Assembly (NCBI GenBank): GCA_002633005.1
Contig: NMRA01000339.1
Span: 4,010 to 68,009, forward strand
Reading direction: 5' to 3'
Origin: Phoronis australis
Lineage: Eukaryota; Animalia; Phoronida
Length of the DNA: 64,000 nucleotides
Each line of letters begins with the position of its first letter. Position 1 is the stretch's first letter. The notes under the pieces were generated by a model, which saw only the letters and a program-made list of their open reading frames with translations, did not search any database and was not told the DNA's origin. This document shows positions 1 through 36,003 of this stretch, one piece after another. The position numbers were made by a program, and so were the translations under genes.

Positions 1-3000
1 CGGAGATTCCGCCTCCTCAATTCAAACGTCTATTGCCGGAAAATTAACCGTTGAAAATCGATCCCCCTCCGTTCCTAGGTTCTCTGGCCCTCCCTTAGTA
101 AAGAAACAGAAATAAACTTGACTTTCAACGGTTGCGTTTTCGTCAATCGGCGCCAAACCCGCACGACTTTACACTACCTCGAAAAACCGAGAATTTTACG
201 GAGATTCCGCCTCCTCACTTCAAACGTCTATTGCCGGAAAACTAACCGTTGAAAATCGATGCTCCTCCGGTCCTTGGTTTTCTGGCCATCCTTCAGTAAA
301 GGAAAAGAAAAATAATTGACTTTCAACGGTGAAATTTTCTTCAATCGGCGAAAAACCGCTCACTACTTTGCCCTACCTCAAAAAACCGAGAATTTTTCGG
401 GAATTCCGTTTCTTCACTTCAAACGTCTGTTGCCGGAAAAATAACCGTTGAAAATCGATGCCCCTCCGTTTCTAGGTCCTCTGGCCAATCGTCAGTAAAG
501 GAAAAGAAAAAAAATGGCTTTCAATGGTGAAGTTTTCGTCAATCGGCGAAAAACCGCGCACGACTTTGCCCTACCTCGATAACCCGAGAATTTTTCGCAG
601 ATTCCGCTTCCTCACTTCAAACGTCTTTTGCCGGAAAACTAACCGTTGAAAATCAATGCCACTCCGTTCCTAGGTTCTCTGGCCCTCCCCCAGTAAAGGA
701 AAAGAAATAAACTTGACTTTCAACGTTAGGGTTTTCGTCAATCGGCGCAAAACCCGCACCACTTTGCCCTACCTCGAAAAACCGAGAATTTTACGGAGAT
801 TCCGCCTCCTCAATTCAAACGTCTATTGCCGGAAAACTAACCGTTGAAAATCGATGCTCCTCCGGTCCTTGGTTTTCTGGCCATCCCTCAGTAAAGGAAA
901 AACAAAAAATAATTGACTTTCAACGGTGAAATTTTCTTCAATCGGCGAAAAACCGCTCACTACTTTGCACTACCTCGAAAAACCGAGAATTTTTCGGAGA
1001 TTCCGTTTCTTCACTTCAAACGTCTGGTGCCGGAAACATAACCATTGAAAATCGATGCCCCTCCGTTCCTAGGTCCTCTGTCCAATCGTCAGTAAAGGAA
1101 AAGCAAAAAAATGGCTTTCAATGGTGAAGTTTTCGTCAATCGGCGAAAAACCGCGCACGACTTTGCCCTACCTCGAAAAACCGAGAATTTTTCGGAGATT
1201 CCGTTTCTTCACTTCAAACGTCTGTTGCCGGAAAAATAACCGTTGAAAATCGCTGCCTCTCCGTTCCTAGGTTCTCTTGCCATAACTTAGTAAAGGAAGA
1301 GCAATAAACTTGACTTTCAACGGTAGGGTTTTCTTCAATCGGCGCAAAAACCGCACCACTTTGCCCTACCTCGATAACGCGAGAATTTTACAGAGATTCC
1401 GCTTCTTCACTTCAAACGTCTGTTGCCGGAAAATTAACCGTTGAAAATCGCTGCCTCTCCGTTCCTGGGTTCTCTTGCCCTCCCTTAGTAAATGAAAAGA
1501 AATAAACTTGACTTTCAACGTTAGGGTTTTCGTCAATCGGCGCAAAACCCGCACCACTTTGCCCTACCTCGAAAAACCGAGAATTTTACGGAGATTCCGC
1601 CTCCTCAATTCAAACGTCTAGTGCCGGAAAATTAACCGTTGAAAATCGATCCCCCTCCGTTCTTAGATTCTCTGGCCCTCCCTTAGTAAAGGAACAGAAA
1701 TAAACTTGACTTTCAACGGTAGGGTTTTCGTCAATCGGCGCAAAACCCGCTCCACTTTGCCCTACCTCGATAACCCGAGAATTTTTCGGAGATTCCGCTT
1801 CCTCACTTCAAACGTCTTTTGCCGGAAAACTGACCGTTGAAAATCAATGCCAATCCGTTCCTAGGTTCTCTGGCCCTCCCCCAGTACAGGAAAAGAAAAA
1901 AATGTCTTTTAACGGTTGGGTTTTTGCCAACCGGCGCAAAATCCGCACCACTTTGCCCTACCTCGAAAAACCGAGAATTTTTCGGAGATTCCGCTTCCTC
2001 ACTTCAAGCGTCTATTGCCGGAAAACCAACCGTCGAAGATCGCTGCCCCTCCGTTCCTAGGTTCTCTCGCCCTCCCTTAGTAAAGGAAAAGAAAAATACT
2101 TGACTTTCAAATGTGAAGTTTTCTTCAATCGGCGAAAAACCGCGCAATACTTTGCCCTAGCTCGAAAAACCAAGAATTTTTTGGAGATTCCGCCTGCTCA
2201 CTTCAAACGTCTATTGCCGGAAAACTAACCGTTGAAAATCGATGCCCCTCCGTTCCTAGGTCCTCTGGCCAATCCTCAGTAAAGGAAAAGAAAAATATTT
2301 GACTTTCAAATGTGAAGTTTTCTTCAATTGGCGAAAAACCGCGCACGACTTTGCCCTACCTCGAAAAACCGAGAATATTTCGGAGATTCCGCCTCTTCAC
2401 TTCAAACGTGTGTTGCCGGAAAATTAACCGTTGAAAATCGATCCCCCTCCGTTCTTAGATTCTCTGGCCCTCCCTTAGTAAAGGAACAGAAATAAACTTG
2501 ACTTTCAACGGTTGCGTTTTCGTCAATCGGCGCCAAACCCGCACGACTTTGCACTACCTCGAAAAACCGAGAATTTTACGGAGATTCCGCCTCCTCACTT
2601 CAAACGTCTTTTGCCGGAAAACTAACCGTTGAAAATCAATGCCACTCCGTTCCTAGGTTCTCTGGCCCTCCCCCAGGAAAGGAAAAGAAAAAAATGTCTT
2701 TCAACGGTTGGGTTTTTGCCAACCGGCGCAAAATCCGCACCACTTTGCCCTACCTCGAAAAACCGAGAATTTTTTGGAGATTCCGCTTCCTCACTTCAAG
2801 CGTCTATTGCCGGAAAACTAACCGTTGAAAATCGATGCCCCTCCGTTCCTAGGTCCTCTGGCCAATCCTCAGTAAAGGAAAAGAAAAATATTTGACTTTC
2901 AACGGTGAAGTTTTCTTCAATCGGCGAAAAACCGATCACGACTTTGCCCTACCTCGAAAAACCGAGAATTTTTTGGAGATTCCGCCTCCCCACTTGAAAA

Positions 3001-3825
3001 GTCTATTGCCGGAAAATTAACCGTTGAAAATCGCTGCCCCTCCGTTCCTAAGTTCTCTGGCCATTCTTCAGTAAAGGAAAAGAAAAATAATTGACTTTCA
3101 ACGGTGAAGTTTTCTTCAATCGGCGAAAAACCGCGCACGACTTTGCCCTACCTCGGAAAACCGAGAATTTTTCGGAGATCCCGCCTCCTCACTTCAAACG
3201 TCTATTGCCGAAAAACTAACCGTTGAAAATCGCTGCCTCTCCGTTCCTAGGTTCTCTGGCCCTATCTTAGTAAAGAAAATTAAATAAACTTGACTTTCAA
3301 CGGTAGGGTTTTCGTCAATCGGCGCAAAACCCGCACCACTTTGCCCTACCTCGAAAAACCGATAATTTTTCGGAGATCCCGCTTCCTCACTTCAAACGTC
3401 TGTTGCCGGAAAACTAACCGTTGAAAATCGCTGCCTCTCCGTTCCTAGGTCCTCTGGCCAATCCTCAGTAAAGAAAAAGAAAAAAAAATGACTTTCAATG
3501 ATGAAGTTTTCGTCAATCTGCGAAAAACCGCGCACAAATTTGCCCTACCTCGAAAAACCAAGAATTTTACGGAGATTCCGCCTCCTCACTTCAAACGTCT
3601 TTTGCCGGAAAACTAACCGTTGAAAATCAATGCCACTCCGTTCCTAGGTTCTCTGGCCCTCCCCCAGTAAAGGAAAAGAAAAAAATGTCTTTCAACGGTT
3701 GGGTTTTTGCCAACCGGCGCAAAATCTGCACCACTTTGCCCTACCTCGAAAAACCGAGAATTTTTCGGAGATTCCTCTTCCTCACTTCAAGCGTCTATTG
3801 CCGGAAAACTAACCGTCGAAAATCG
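1..3825. repeat. Satellite array, ~198-bp monomer, ~19 copies (runs off the window start, ends at N gap)
   Basis: The motif cggagattccgc(c/t)tcctcacttcaaacgtc recurs at about 1, 198, 398, 597, 794, 995, 1193, 1391, 1589, 1787, 1983, 2183, 2381, 2579, 2775, 2974, 3173, 3371, 3570 and 3765. Confidence 0.97.
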
Positions 3826-3902
3826 NCGGGGGGAGGGGGGGCAATGGCGCTTTTCAGGGAGGTGCAACGGAGCCCTGGGCCCCCTAAAATTTTCCAGATT
3901 CC

Positions 3903-5005
3903 AGGTAATAGCTAGAACTACTGTCTCAACAATGATGGTTATCGCACTCAAATTGGTTTTCTCTGGCATTTGCACAGGTCTACAACCTTTAACTGTGGAG
4001 AGAAGTTTTAACTTGGTGCATTTTTAACGTTACAAAATGACTAAAAAGTTTGTTGTGTTGATCTTGACCAACGGGTCACGTCCCAAAGGAACAATGGTTA
4101 AATATTTTCGTTGTTTCATTTTTAATACTCATGTGTACTAGTTTTTTTTCTTTCCGCGGGAACGGGTTTATAAGAGTCTTTTTATTTTATTTTAAATTTG
4201 AAGTACCAAAACAGTGGTAGATTTTGATCGCCAGTAAAACTTTCTTAGTTTAGTTAATTGTGAGCCAATCCCTGAATTTTACATTGAGATTAGGGATACC
4301 CTAAGCATTTCACAGCGAACAAACCTACACGTGTGTCAGTAATTCAAGTTAAATTTTTATTAGAACTCAAATCATAAAATATATACGAAAGGGCAAATAT
4401 GGTGATAGTCAAACTGAAGATTTGGAATCTCTGGACAACATTTCGGTTGCACTGACTACATAACTTATTTTAGCGTTTCGTCAGTCATAAAAATTAAGAG
4501 TGGGCACAAGCAAAATACAACCGTTTCCTCGTAAAAAATCTGGTTACACAACATTGAAAGAATATTAAAAGAATGATCCAAGTGATATTGTTAACTCTGA
4601 TCAGTGTTTGTAAATCCTCCGAGTATATCGCTACGCACGGTCGTTTATCTTCAATCGTACCCAATGCTTGTAGTTTTTAGGTTATTAGTTCATCGATTTT
4701 TGAAAATTGCAAATTTTATTTGGTTGTTTTTTCCAGCTGAATACCGCCGTGGTGTTCGTGTTTAACGAAAATTATTGGTTTACTTAATGCATTTCGAGCA
4801 ATTCGCCAGAATGCAACAAGCAGAGATGTTTACTACAGTTTATGGCTGGGTAATTGCTCGCACCGGACAATGCGGTCATCACAACTGTATCCGACTCGGG
4901 CGCCGCCCTCTTTTTGATCCTGGTAAAAGCCACTCAGGAGGACGAGCGGTGAAAATTCCCGCATATGTTTAGAAATGCGCGACTTCCTTGTAAGGATATT
5001 ATTCA
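3903..5005 (+). mobile_element. Interspersed repeat family A (non-coding, probably a non-autonomous DNA transposon); other copies at 6210-7316 and 41809-45205 (split by a LINE)
   Basis: ggtaatagctag..actgtctcaacaatg through gacttccttgtaag..tattattcac is shared with a more diverged copy 38 kb away. Confidence 0.7.
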
Positions 5006-5541
5006 CTGTTGAAACATAAAAAACTTAGAAAACGAGACAAGTCCACCAAAAGGGCAGGAACTACCAAAATTCGGCGAATGCACAACTCATAGATCTGAAC
5101 CTACCCTGTGAATCTTAGTGAAAGGTCCACATTCTCAAAAATTCGAGCGCCCCATTTTTAGGCTGGGTGCGAGCATGTTCTATAAACCATGTGGGCAGTA
5201 TGTCATTGGAGGTATGTGTTGACCTAAGTTGACCGTTATAACCACCACCAGTTAATTGTCAAAACCTCCAAGACATCCTGAGAACTGTTTGGTGCGACTG
5301 GGTCTAAAGTCTTAACTAGCTGAGCAAGCAGTATACAAATGTTGCCATTATTCTTGGGGACACTAAAACAGCATGTCATGTGATGGAAATTGTTGATGAA
5401 GGCCGTCAAGGAGTTATGAAGTGTAGTATTCAACAAAAGAAGAAAACTTGTTGCCTATATAATTAGTAAGTAACATGTCGAGATACAATCTTGACAGCTC
5501 GTTACCTTGCGTCATGAAATGTATATATTTGCAAAGCACAA

Positions 5542-5665
5542 TGTGCTTTGTAAACTGTGCTTCGTGGACTGTGCTTTGTAAACTGTGCTTCGTGGACTGT
5601 GCTTTGTAAACTGTGCTTCGTGGACAGAACTTTGTAAACTGTGCTTCGTGGACTACTTTGTAACT
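5542..5665. repeat. 28-bp minisatellite (tgtgctttgtaaactgtgcttcgtggac), ~4 copies; duplicate at 7862-7985
   Basis: Direct tandem copies visible. Confidence 0.9.
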
Positions 5666-5726
5666 GCGCTATGTTAATCAGCCTACTTCATAAATGACAA
5701 ACATTAAGAGTATGATCTATTTTATN

Positions 5727-5926
5727 GGCCGAGGCCCGCCTAAGTGCTACGCTGGAGCCTGCCCGCGCTGCCTTCTTCAGCTTGGCCGAGGCCCGCCTAA
5801 GTGCTACGCTGGAGCCTGTCTGCGCTGCCTTCGGAAGCTTGGCTGGAGCCCGCCTAAATGCTACGTCGGGCGTGCCTCGCTGCCTTCGGCAGCTTGGCTT
5901 GGGCCCGCCTAAGTGCTACGTCGGGC
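5727..5926. repeat. GC-rich ~55-58-bp minisatellite, ~3.5 copies, truncated by the N gap
   Basis: gcccgcctaa(g/a)tgctacg occurs four times, separated by cgctgccttc..agcttggc. Confidence 0.85.
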
Positions 5927-6131
5927 AGTTTTGGTGAACTTACACTCTAGTGTACCTTTATGTATGTGATGTGCTTCTCGCGGTTCGGTTTATAAAAGAA
6001 AGTTAGCAAGCTATGGTGGATTAGCTGCCTTTTTATATTGTATGTGTTCTTCCTATTGCCATACCAATTTGATAGTTTTCCAAGCTTGATGTTGCAAACA
6101 GGAAAATTCGTGTTTTCTACACGAGTGCACA

Positions 6132-8046
6132 CGGGGGGAGGGGGGGGGCAATGGCGGTTTTCCGGGAGGTGCAACGGAGCCATGGCCCCCCTAAAATTTT
6201 CCCAGATTCCAGGTAATAGCTAGCACTACTGTCTCAACAATGATGGTTATCGCACTCAAATTGGTTTTCTCTGGTATTTGCACAGGTCTACAACCTGTAA
6301 CTGTGGAAAGAAGTGTTAACTTGGTGCATTTTAAACGTTACAAAATGACTAAAAAGTTAGTTGTGTTGATCTTGACCAACGGGTCACGTCCCAAAGGAAC
6401 GATGGTTAAATATTTTCGTTGTTTCATTTTTAATACTCATGTGTACTAGTTTTTTTTCTTTCCGCGGGAACGGGTTTATAAGAGTCTTTTTATTTTATTT
6501 TGAAATTTGAAGTACGAAAACAGTGGTAGATTTTGATCGCCAGTAAAACTTACTTAGTTCAGTTAATTGTGAGCCAATCCCTGAATTTTACACTGAGATT
6601 AGGGATACCCTAAGCATTTCACAGCGAACAAACCTACACGTGTGTCATTAATTCAAGTTGAATTTTTATTAGAACTCAAATCATAAAATATATACGAAAG
6701 AGCAAATATGGTGATAGTCAAACTGAAGATTTGGAAATTTCTGGACAATTTCGGTTGCACTGACTACATAACTTATTTTAGCGTTTCGTCAGTCATAAAA
6801 ATTAAGCCAAGAGAGTGGGCACAAGCAAAATACAACCGTTTCCTCGTAAAAAATCTGGTTACACAAGATTGAAAGAATATTAAAAGAATGATCCAAGTGA
6901 TATTGTTAACTCTGAGCGTTTGTAAATCCACCGAGTATATCGCTACGCACGGTCGTTTATCTTCAATCGTACCCAATGCCTTTAGTTTTTAGGTTATTAG
7001 TTCATCGATTTTTGAAAATTGAAAACTTTATTTGGTTGTTTATTCCAGCTGAATACCGCCGTGGTGTTCGTGTTTAACGAAAATTATTGGTTTACTTAAT
7101 GCATTTCGAGCAATTAGCCAGAATGTACAGGCAGAGATGTTTACTGCAGTTTACGGTTGGGTAATTGCTCGCACGGGACAATGCGGTCATCACAACTGTA
7201 TCCGACTCGGGCGCCGCCCTCTTTTTGATCCTGGTAAAAGCCACTCAGGAGGACGAGCGGTGAAAATTCCCGCATATTTTTAGAAATGCGCGACTTCCTT
7301 GTAAGGATATTATTCACTGTTGAAACACAAATTCTAAAAAACTTAGAAAACGAGACAAGTCCACCAAAAGGTCAGGAACTACCAAAATTCGGCGAATGCA
7401 CAACTCATAGATCTGAACCTACCCTGTGAATCTTAGTGAAAGGTCCACACTCTCAAAAATTCGAGCGCCCCATTTTTAGGATGGGTGCGAGCATGTTCTA
7501 TGAACCATGTGGGCAGTATGTAATTGGAGGTATGTGTTGACCTAAGTTGACCGTTATAACCACCACCAGTTAATTGTCAAAACCTCCAAGACATCCTGAG
7601 AACTGTTAGGTGCGACTGGGTCTAAAGTCTTAACTAGCTGAGCAGGCAGTATATAAATGTTGCCATTATTCTTGGGGACACTAAAACAGCATGTCATGTG
7701 ATGGAAATTGTTGATGAAGGCCGTCAAGGAGTTATGAAGCGTAGTATTCAACAAAAGAAGAAGAAAACTTGTTGCCTATATAATTAGTAAGTAACATGTC
7801 GAGATACAATCTTGACAGCTCGTTACCTTGCGTCATGAAATGTATATATTTGCAAAGCACAATGTGCTTTGTAAACTGTGCTTCGTGGACTGTGCTTTGT
7901 AAACTGTGCTTCGTGGACTGTGCTTTGTAAACTGTGCTTCGTGGACAGAACTTTGTAAACTGTGCTTCGTGGACTACTTTGTAACTGCGCTATGTTAATC
8001 AGCCTACTTCATAAATGACAAACATTAAGAGTATGATCTATTTTAT
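6132..8046. repeat. Copy 2 of the ~1.9-kb duplicated block
   Basis: Matches 3827-5725 and continues without a gap into the ACSL 3' region. Confidence 0.9.
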
Positions 8047-8047
8047 T
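8042..8047 (-). terminator. Candidate polyadenylation signal AATAAA for the ACSL3/4-like gene
   Basis: tttatt on the + strand about 1 kb downstream of the stop codon; positional inference only. Confidence 0.35.
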
Positions 8048-9042
8048 TTTACAACAGAAACCGTGCAACACAAGAAGAAGTTAGACTTTTCTCTTACTGA
8101 ACAAGAATGAGGATTGTGAACACAACTACATTTCAAACATATCATTCTTTTGCAATTATATGCAAATGCTGAGTATTTTGAATGTGGTATCTCAAGAAGC
8201 ATGCATGAGAACACTAATAATTGCGAATATTTTACCTAGATGTGCTCATGACGCAACCCCTACATGAACCCTTTGGTGAATATAACACACTCACCACAGT
8301 GATCACTTGTTACGATAAACCTTCACTTATGGAACATTCAAACCTCACCGACCAATCACATCAATGAGGCACAGGTTTCAAAATTAAAATTAATTTGACA
8401 CAGATCAGAACCAATAAGCTATCTTCTTTGACCTTATCTGAATGTTGAGTGGGCTTCTCTGGAAGGTCACCACTTTGAAATTGACAGGCTGGAAAGGGTG
8501 TTAGAATTCCGTTTATGGTTTCAGTCAAACCAAATACTCTTTAATACACCACTTGCAAGTTTCCCAATAACACATCGAGCATAAGTGGTCATCTTGTTAC
8601 ATAAAACCCAACACAGTATATAGCTTTACACGGGAAAAACCATGATGAGGTCTTGCAAACCTCAGGAAGATTCCCGATGGCTACGGGTTAGCACCATGAC
8701 GTCCACAGAAAAGGGACCAATTCCATCTTGTTTCCAATTTTGCAAAAGCACTACAGTACATCATTAATTTGGAAAACTTAAAGTTGTACCAAGATGACAA
8801 TTTCACTTTTTCTAGAATATCCACTAGTTCCTAAAGATGCCATAGAAAGCCATTTTTTAGAGACCAAAACAAATCCATTCATGCCTTTCAAAATTATATT
8901 GACCAACACAATGACACCAGTGCATGAAGTAAAAGAATTCTTGTTGTAGCTAAGAAAACACCAAATATACACCTAAGTAATTAAAAGTATAGTTTTAGTA
9001 AAACCACAGCTGCTTTGTAATACCATAGAAACACGTTTCCTC

Positions 9043-31467
<22,425 letters not shown>

Positions 31468-34400
31468 TATGGCCCTTAAATGGCTAGGCCAAAAGACCTA
31501 AAATGTATTATTTAAGTGACTATTAAACCTGGATTCCATCACAAAAACAACTTCTGATTTAGACCACTTACTGTTACAAAGTTCGATTCAAATTGTTCCT
31601 CAATCAAACAGTATATATGATTTCAGGATTTCACACTTACAGTTGAGATACAGTTTTAGAAGTTGTCTGATCATGGTGTAGTACCGTATATGCAGTCAAC
31701 ATGGTCTCAAGGACTAACAAATTCCCAGTTCTATGCAAATTCAGAAATCAATTTTCATCCGAGTAAGAACAACTTGAGATCAGTGTTAAAGCACCAAAGT
31801 TTTGCTTTTTGGACACAAAGTGGGTAAATAAACCCTCTACCTAACATACGGTAACATGAAAGTTCATGACTTACAAGTTGCAAAACCACAAGATATGACA
31901 TGATCGCATTTACAGATGTTTCCCCCATGCACCAAATTCTGCTGTTAGGGACTTTCTTTTCATGCACTGCAGACATAGATCATGCACTGAGCACAAGCAC
32001 AGTCTGCCCCAGGTGTTTGACCTCATTTATTATCCAAAAGTAAAATCTCCAGTTTGGGAGACTTCAGCTGAGGCACTGCTGCCCCGATTTTTCAAATGCA
32101 TAGTAGGATGGTTGCCGGTTCATAAACATCCGGTCACATCACAGATAACATGTAGACATGTAACCTGATTCATAATTTGTGTTGGAGATGATGAGATTAG
32201 GCAAGTGGGGCGGATATTCAATAACGTGTGCCATAAGAACCTTTCACACAATTAAAAGACTTGCTGGTCTGTGTATTTGTTTGATGCACTTGAAAGCTCA
32301 CGTTCATTTTTTATTTTTCTATCACGGGGGTTTTGTAACACTCGTAACATAAACAGCACTAGTAAAGTAATAATATCAACAATACTATCAAACCAACATA
32401 CTGTATCATGAATATATCACGGATTTCATGAAAATCGTTCTACATTTTAGCATATGAAAAAACGTCAGCAACAAATTAGACGAATTCTCCCAAACAATTC
32501 ATAAAGTGGCAACTTTTGCCAACAATCTAGTTCAACATGTGTCACTCAAATCTTCAAACCACCCATTACACTTCCATGGCAAACACTATGACACCAGCCT
32601 CAACTATTGCGTAACAGACTCAACAGAGTGAATGACCTAGCTTCTGTGCCTCTAAATTTGTCAACAAGCTGTTACACACTGATGAAGTCCTATTTGACCA
32701 TCTACAATCAGCCAAATATAACTTCCCATTGGTCTGGTATTCTCATCAATATAAACTGTAGTACTACACAAGCACATATGATGTAGCAATGCTGTTATCC
32801 ATACTCACACCACTGGCAGATTTAGGATGTAATACTATACAGAAACCTAAGTTGCACATATTCTCACAAAGTTCCTATTTATATTTCATTAACAACTTCA
32901 GCCAGACATGGCCCACTACTGAAGATCCTGATATATGTCCCTGATGTCTTCAGTCCCTTTTACAGTGTGTGGCAAATATGAGAGATGGGAACAGGTCATT
33001 TCAGTTTCGTTCAAATCATTCAACACGGATAAATAAAACAAGTATCTTGACTACTGTTAACTGACTGTGACAAGAAAACCCTTATAACCTTCAGATTTTT
33101 TAATGTGGTCTAGAGGAAAAGGCAGCAGTTTACAACCCAAGGGTTATCTTAAATGCTTATCAAAAATCCAATCAAAAGTTAGTCTGGACTAATTCATAAG
33201 CAACAAGTTGAGTCTAATTTTATAGTCTAAAATCATAAGTTCTCTTCTTAGACAGAAAGCCTGTTGATAGATGCTTGAATCTTAATCTCCAGAGACCTTT
33301 GACCAGAGGAGTACCTTATGACCACATACACTCACCACAGCAGCACTGCCTATTTTTCCAACACAAGCACAAACATGGGCTCAGCCCCAGAGCAAAGATC
33401 ACAAGTCAAAGGCTAAAGGTCAAATGAAAGCTTGACTACTTGGTTACTTGGTAAACCACAATGACATGCCAGGTCAGAATTTCACAGTTCAATTTCACAT
33501 CCAACAATGCATATTACGGATATTTAGGACCCTGGAAAAAAGTCCAAATTTAGCCAACTTCACAAAATGGAACCATAAGAAACTTCCAGATACCACGATT
33601 TACACAAAGTTCCCAACAATGCCGTTAAGAATAATTATTTTTAAAACATTTCACTATTGTTGTATGAGGGGCTTTTATGATGTTCATGAAAAATCAAAAG
33701 TTGCATTAAAGAAAACAAATGACAATTTAGAGTTTTCGAGATTTCATCAACGCGAACATTTTTATTAAATGAAATTTTTGACCATCTAAATGAGACTGTT
33801 GTTTTGCAATCAATGTATTTTTCTTGTTTGCTAAATTTTACAAAAAAAGCCATCTTCACGTGACAAAATTAACAGCACACATAAGGCAAATTTGTATGTC
33901 CGTCACGTATGTCCATCATACCCATGAAATCACAAATGTTCAGCCAATAAAAATCACTTGAAGTCTTAGTTTTACATTCAAAACTTGCAGAAGAAGAAAT
34001 GCATTTCAAAGCTAAGAACCTTAAAACAATTGAATATTATAAAGATAGATTTAAAATCAGGTAAAGAAGTTGCTGCAGATTTAAACTAGATGCATTGCTT
34101 GGAGTTTACAACTTCAAAGTATATGCTGAAATGTTAGGGTTTACAGTCAGAGTCATTTAGTTATTCTCAGTAGAATTCAACTTGTTAAAATCAGACAGTT
34201 GGACTCCATTATAAAAGTTCAATAGAACAAAATATCAATTAAATGAATTTATTGTTTTTCTGTTGCTGCCCTATCTTTGGAAAGATATGCTTAGCTTTTG
34301 GAAAATTCAAGATGCAAAAATATTCATATAACAGAATTTCTAATCACGCTAATCTCTAGCTAAAGATCAGCATCTGGTGTCTTGTTTTCACACTGAAAGA

Positions 34401-35687
34401 CAGCACCAGGGTGTTTTGAATCAAAATATGAATGGCATAAGTTGATGCTGTCAACGAAACCATGGTGAACAAATTGTCTGCTTCACACTTTGTTATAAGA
34501 AGATACTGAAGTCATCTTACTAATAATTTTAAAACATCACCTTTATTGTTTACATGGGTATGCATCAGAACCATCAACGACATGGACCTGAGAATAAGTT
34601 TGTACAAGCTTAGGTCGATCTCTAATTTAAAAAAAAATACATAATGCGTTTTTATTTCAGTGATGATTAGTAATGTTTAAAACTTCATTTCGCATTTTAT
34701 AATTTGACGGTCACATTAGTATCAAATAAGTATTCTACTTAACACATAAAGCAGTTTTCCTGATAACTAACAGTCAAGTACAAAAAGATTACATCACTCT
34801 CACTCCCACCTATATTGCTTGCCATCTTAGAAGTGAGGATTTTAGGAAGTTGTTATATTTTTTTAACCAAATGTATTGTAAAGTTAAAATCCTAGAGTAC
34901 ATTCCCAGCCCAGGCCTACCTGTGAGGATTTTGTGCAAAAGGTCAATCAGTAAGTGTATTTTGATTTAAAAACATTGAATCAATAGCAAAAGACCAATAT
35001 GGCTTAACTACTACAAACATTTGAATAATTCTGAATTGATATCGTTGTCACAACCAACAATTTAATACTAGAAATTCAGAGCGTACGTCCGTCACATTCA
35101 CTCAACTTACACCGAGCTATAAAACAAAAATTTCTTAGAACATATCATCAAAAAAATTTGTGTGTTGTACTTTGCAAACATTTCACTAAATCATCATATA
35201 AAACATTACGTTGTAATTCAATGCAACTGACAGAAAATTAAAGGTACTTTTTTCAAAAATTCAAATTCTAGATGCGTAGGTCCATCACACCCCTTTAAAG
35301 GCAATTTTCTCAGTCAGATAATAAGAAAAGTTATACAGGATTTTAAAACTATCAATGAGACCTATCAATTGATGTATGAATCATTTTCCTAGGATGAACA
35401 TTTCTTGACAATTGATCAAAATGTTCTGATTGTATGTCCATTACAAATGGAATTGCGCTATGCCAGCCAAGATCCCACATCCCATACTGGTGTGCGGCAA
35501 AGGGCTTTGCATCCGACTGGGACCATTAAAGGAGAATGCCACCCGATGTAATTAGTCCTTTTTACAATCTTAATCATACCTCGTATACGGTCGATCTTAC
35601 CTCGCCGAGAGGTGTCGAGTTAACCTGTGAGGAAGGTGAGAAACGACGCAGTGATGTCAGTGGTTCCTCAGCAGAGTGAGTCCCGCT

Positions 35688-35837
35688 ATGGTGTGGTGTA
35701 TCGTTCCTGCTTGTGCGACCTATGAAGCTGCGAGGAAAGCAGGTATATTGTTTTTTCGATTTCCTAAAGAGCCCATAATGCTTCGGAAGTGGCTTGCGGT
35801 AGTAAAAAATAAAAAGTATGCCGTTAATACCAAGTAC
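35688..35837 (+). pseudogene. THAP-domain N-terminus of the Kolobok transposase (truncated)
   Basis: MVWCIVPAC...LFFRFPKEPIMLRKW matches the THAP pattern MxxCxVPxC...FxFP......W; the downstream CxxH and the DDE domain are absent. Confidence 0.78.
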
Positions 35838-36003
35838 TGTGGCCATGAAACTTCTCCGTGTCTGTCAGTGGCCTGCATTTTGTCGGATCGGATGTTGATC
35901 AGTTTTTGATCATGGAGAATTGTAGTAGGCCATGAAAACACAAACTATTACAAATAATTCAAAGCGTGGGAACATGTTTAAAAAAAACTGTTTGATAACT
36001 GAC

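Larger units (their letters stand above)
3827..5725. repeat. Copy 1 of a ~1.9-kb duplicated block (copy 2 at 6132-8046), flanked by N on both sides; probably an alternative haplotype
   Basis: Colinear near-identity from ggggagggggggcaatggc to gagtatgatctattttat with scattered SNPs and indels; N at 3826 and 5726. Confidence 0.9.

Noticed and set aside
1366-4027. Repeated 60-106 aa ORFs (MKINANPFLGS..., MPTGAKSAP...)
   Set aside because: Chance open frames in the satellite monomer; interrupted in most copies and without recognisable domains.
32679-32710. CTGATGA as a hammerhead core (also 41702)
   Set aside because: No convincing stem II followed by GAAA.
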